From the NCBI GenBank assembly GCA_965216315.1, contig CBDCFN010000015.1, forward strand, positions 288,001-352,000: a stretch of DNA of 64,000 nucleotides, written 5' to 3'. Of the stretch, positions 61,154-64,000 are shown in pieces. Source of the DNA: a bacterium (GTDB taxonomy: Bacteria; UBA10199; 2-02-FULL-50-16; JAJFLM01). The first letter of the stretch is position 1. Every line of letters starts with the position of its first letter. The translations under genes and the position numbers were made by a program. The notes below the pieces were generated by a model. The model did no database searches. It saw nothing but the letters and a program-made list of their open reading frames with translations, and was not told where the DNA came from.

Positions 61154-61190
61154 AATATTATCAAATTGATAATATTATCATTATGATAAT
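61154..61190. promoter_or_regulatory. Overlapping palindromes of TGATAAT/ATTATCA heptamers
   Basis: AATATTATCAAATTGATAATATTATCATTATGATAAT. Confidence 0.65.
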
Positions 61191-61237
61191 AAATTAGCGA
61201 AAATCCTGGAAAAGTAGGCTGACATCTACAGACCTGT

Positions 61238-61786
61238 TTAACCCATCATCAAGGCGCTGTTGAGGAGACTCGCGTCACGATCGAAATAGAGCGCAATCGG
61301 ATCGTCCGTAGTCAAGGCGAGCAGGGCGAGGCCGGTGTGCAGGTCCGTAAAATTGGTCAGGGGTGCGAAGGTGGCGCGGGCGGCTGTCTCGGTTGCCTGA
61401 ATTCTTTCCTGTTGCTGCTCTTTTGCCGTCTCGACTTCATAGAGGCTGACCGCTGCGTCATAAGCCGAACGGATCAATTCATCAAAACGAGCGGTTTCTT
61501 GCTGGGCCAGCTCGCCGCGCGTTCCACTGAATTGTTGCGCGTCATTGGCGAGGGACTCCTGAAAACCCCTGAGTCCCGCAAGCTGTTGGATCAGTTCGTT
61601 GCGTCGGTAGACAAAACGGCCTCGTGGATTGGGCAAGGTAAAGACCATCTCCGGCGGCCGCAAGTAGACCTGATTCATTGTCTTGCGGGGCCAGTGGACC
61701 GGGCCGACGTGCAGGCTATGCGCGACGGGGGCCATCGCAGCCATCGTGTTCAAATAGGATAGATAATAGTTAGTCGCTAGGGACAT
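61238..61786 (-). CDS. Orphan protein with coiled-coil-like region and charge-free N-terminus
   Basis: MSLATNYYLSYLNTMAAMA; GAGGAG SD. Confidence 0.7.
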   Translation of the reverse strand: MSLATNYYLSYLNTMAAMAPVAHSLHVGPVHWPRKTMNQVYLRPPEMVFTLPNPRGRFVYRRNELIQQLAGLRGFQESLANDAQQFSGTRGELAQQETARFDELIRSAYDAAVSLYEVETAKEQQQERIQATETAARATFAPLTNFTDLHTGLALLALTTDDPIALYFDRDASLLNSALMMG

Positions 61787-61820
61787 ACCCTCTCCTCAAT
61801 CTCCCCATGAGACATTCTCG

Positions 61821-61846
61821 TTGTCGCAATTCCGGCCCTGGAGTTG
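61821..61846 (-). promoter_or_regulatory. Recurrent promoter motif CAAC-N16-CGACAA
   Basis: Minus strand, upstream of ATG 61786. Confidence 0.72.
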
Positions 61847-61900
61847 TGTAAAAAGGGCCTTTGAGCCCCATTTTGACGAATCTTCGCAAAGAACTTCAGA

Positions 61901-61926
61901 CAACCTTGCGCAATCAGGGTCGATAA
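61901..61926 (+). promoter_or_regulatory. Recurrent promoter motif CAAC-N16-CGATAA
   Basis: Upstream of UTR element copy 3 and ATG 61978. Confidence 0.78.
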
Positions 61927-61941
61927 GGCCCCCGCAAGCCC

Positions 61942-61975
61942 ACTCTTTCACTTGTCATGGGGACAAGAGGAGGAG
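61942..61975 (+). repeat. Conserved 5'-UTR hairpin/RBS element, copy 3
   Basis: ACTCTTTCACTTGTCATGGGGACAAGAGGAGGAG. Confidence 0.9.
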
Positions 61976-61977
61976 TC

Positions 61978-62922
61978 ATGTCTCTGCTAAGCAGTAGTCT
62001 TTCCTTTAATTCGATGGCCTTGGCGAGTGCAGCCGGGTCTCAAAGACTGCTTACGAGCACGGCTCTAGGGCCATGGCTCAACGCCTTTCACTCGCAGCCT
62101 GACGTGGGGCAATTGACAGTTCCAATTGTGACGCCCGATCCAGCTCAAGCCAGTGGATTTCAAATTGCTGCGGTGCCACTGACACGTGGCAATGCAGTGC
62201 AAACGATCAGAATGATTAAGCAAATCTTGGCCGAGTTGCCGCGGGATGCTCATGGGATGCAGTTCAAGTTGACTCAACTGAGCGAAGATTGGGTTGTATC
62301 CTTTAAGATGTTTACATTTTTACCGGTCATGACTTTTAGCCGGCCGGGTCGCCGTATCAAAATTATGTCTAATTCGTGTCGCGATGCAGCCCGTATTGTG
62401 GTGGAGGAGGGTTATGAGGCGGCAAACGTGCGACAATCGGTTTTGATAACTGAGTCTCATCCAAACCGGTTTTTTATTGATAGCTATTGTTTTAGGATTG
62501 AATCCGTGTTGGTGGAAAGTCTATGCACCTATCTCAACCTGCCCACGAATGCTCCTCTTGAAGTCATCGCGCACGCGCTTCCTGCTGAAATCAGCTTTGA
62601 AGCGGGGGTCCAACGAAGCGAAGATCCTGTTCATGAGCCAATGGAGGGAGCCTTAGAGCTCGAAAGTCAACGAGTCGGTCAAACCCTTGGCGTGCATGCG
62701 GGACTTGATCCCAGCGCGCGGCGGCGCGCCGAGTATTCCGAACGCATTCATGTTTGGCTAACCATGGACCCAGAACACGACGGTCGAATGACGCCGGAGC
62801 AACTCAAATTCTGGAACTGGGTCCGATCACGCATTCAGCCTAGTGCTGAGGAGACCGCGGCATATTTGAAGCGTACTGAGGCGCGCTACCGAGCAACGGC
62901 GGGTCATGATCCAAGTGCCTGA
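61978..62922 (+). CDS. Leader-family protein with 'domain X'
   Basis: LSFNSMALASAA; QPDVGQLTVPIV resembles DPVNGQLIVPIL of 50923. Confidence 0.8.
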   Translation: MSLLSSSLSFNSMALASAAGSQRLLTSTALGPWLNAFHSQPDVGQLTVPIVTPDPAQASGFQIAAVPLTRGNAVQTIRMIKQILAELPRDAHGMQFKLTQLSEDWVVSFKMFTFLPVMTFSRPGRRIKIMSNSCRDAARIVVEEGYEAANVRQSVLITESHPNRFFIDSYCFRIESVLVESLCTYLNLPTNAPLEVIAHALPAEISFEAGVQRSEDPVHEPMEGALELESQRVGQTLGVHAGLDPSARRRAEYSERIHVWLTMDPEHDGRMTPEQLKFWNWVRSRIQPSAEETAAYLKRTEARYRATAGHDPSA

Positions 62923-62948
62923 ATAAGGCAAAAAATTCTTTCACGGTC

Positions 62949-64000
62949 CTACATGCTGGGCCACCGGAGTGAATAACTGACGCTCCGGCCTTTAGGCTCG
63001 TTGGGCTGTAAAATTCCCTTGTTGCAAAGGTCGCGTATTTCCCGATAGGCGGTTGCCCGACTGACGCGGGCAATGGAAACATACTTGCGGGTACTCAAGC
63101 CCCCTTCGAAACCACTAGGTCCCACAGCGAGGAGTTTGTTAAGGACCTTGCGCTGTCGTTTGTTGAGCGGCGTTTGAGCATGTTCTTGCCAGAATTTGGC
63201 TTTGAGCAGCACCGTCTCAATGAGCGACTCGGAGTTTTTCATCGCGCGTTCGCAGCATGCTAAGAACCATGAGAGCCACTCCGTAATATCACCGTCACCG
63301 TGCTGGGATTGTTCCAGGACATCATAATAGGTCTTGCGTTCCGTCATGATTTGAGAGGAGAGGCTGTAAAAGCGCTGCGACTGTTGCTCGTCTTGGGCTA
63401 AGGCCATGTCGGTGAGGGCGCGTGCGACCCGGCCATTTCCGTCTTCAAAGGGATGAATCGTGACAAAGTAAAAATGAGCGATACCGGCGCGGATGAAGCC
63501 TTCAATCTTGCCCTGGCTCTGCTTCCACCACGTCAGAAAGCGGCGCATATCGGTTGCCACGCGATCGTGGGGCGGCGCTTCGAAGTGAATTTTCTCGCGA
63601 CCGATCGGACCGGAGACGACCCGCATCGGTGTTGGACCCCGCCATTGACCGACTCGAATGCGGTGCAGACCCGAGTAGCCGGTCGGAAACAGCGCGGCTT
63701 GCCATCCCTTGAGACGCTGGGCGGACAGGGACTTGTCATAATGGACCGTTGCATCGAGGAGGACGTCGACCAAGCCATCCACCTGACGATCCGGTACGGG
63801 TAATCCAGCTGTCGGGAGCCCAAGATGTCTCGCCACCGAGGAGCGGATGGCTTCGGGATTCAGGGATTCGCCTTCGATCGCTGCCGTCTTGAGGGCCTCT
63901 TCGCTTAAGACCGCCGCGCGGGCCTCTTCCGTAAGATCGAGGCCCAGGGCCTCAATTTTGTTGATGAGTTGGCCTTGCCGCAATCGCGTTCGCCCGAGTG
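62949..64000 (-). CDS. Fic family protein (DUF4172-like N-terminus, C-terminal HTH); 5' end outside the window
   Basis: AIEGESL, intact Fic motif HPFEDGNGRVARAL, VSRATAYREI. Confidence 0.9.
   Translation of the reverse strand, partial: LGRTRLRQGQLINKIEALGLDLTEEARAAVLSEEALKTAAIEGESLNPEAIRSSVARHLGLPTAGLPVPDRQVDGLVDVLLDATVHYDKSLSAQRLKGWQAALFPTGYSGLHRIRVGQWRGPTPMRVVSGPIGREKIHFEAPPHDRVATDMRRFLTWWKQSQGKIEGFIRAGIAHFYFVTIHPFEDGNGRVARALTDMALAQDEQQSQRFYSLSSQIMTERKTYYDVLEQSQHGDGDITEWLSWFLACCERAMKNSESLIETVLLKAKFWQEHAQTPLNKRQRKVLNKLLAVGPSGFEGGLSTRKYVSIARVSRATAYREIRDLCNKGILQPNEPKGRSVSYSLRWPSM

Overview
This is a bacterial chromosome segment around the replication origin. Gene content and order (DUF1844-rpoH-bamD, pgpA-cinA-thpR-recA, kinase-fused sigma54 activator) suggest a deltaproteobacteria-like lineage, which is an inference. 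The housekeeping backbone is clpB (partial), htrA/degP, rpoH, bamD, tag, alaS, recA, thpR, bfd-bfr, cinA, pgpA, proB, obgE, rpmA, rplU, rng, pyrE, gyrB, dnaN, dnaA, oriC, rpmH, rnpA, yidD, yidC and mnmE. About 20 orphan genes lie between these genes and fill the accessory region after mnmE. Three shared signals tie many orphans together. (1) A promoter-like motif, (C/A)AAC-N16-CGA(T/C)R, occurs at 11 sites, each correctly oriented upstream of an orphan gene. (2) A charge-free N-terminal leader (core ALN[S/T]x2-5LA[A]S, extended in four proteins by YL..xNP.D...MP.P.....C) is fused to variable bodies, most clearly in a 7-gene ATGA-coupled array at 49.3-57.5 kb. (3) A repeated 34-nt 5'-UTR hairpin can occlude the ribosome-binding site. 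Together these suggest an undescribed, co-regulated, modular family of exported effector-like proteins (hypothesis). A second candidate system is a kinase/NTPase/TPR/GAF/sigma54 activator facing a consensus sigma54 promoter, which drives a ~250-nt multi-hairpin RNA and a stand-alone transposase-derived HTH protein. Also present are 94-bp cruciform repeats inverted around obgE, a duplicated mnmE 3' end (att-like scar) and several operator arrays. No CRISPR array, rRNA or tRNA was recognised. All alignments and folds were done by eye.
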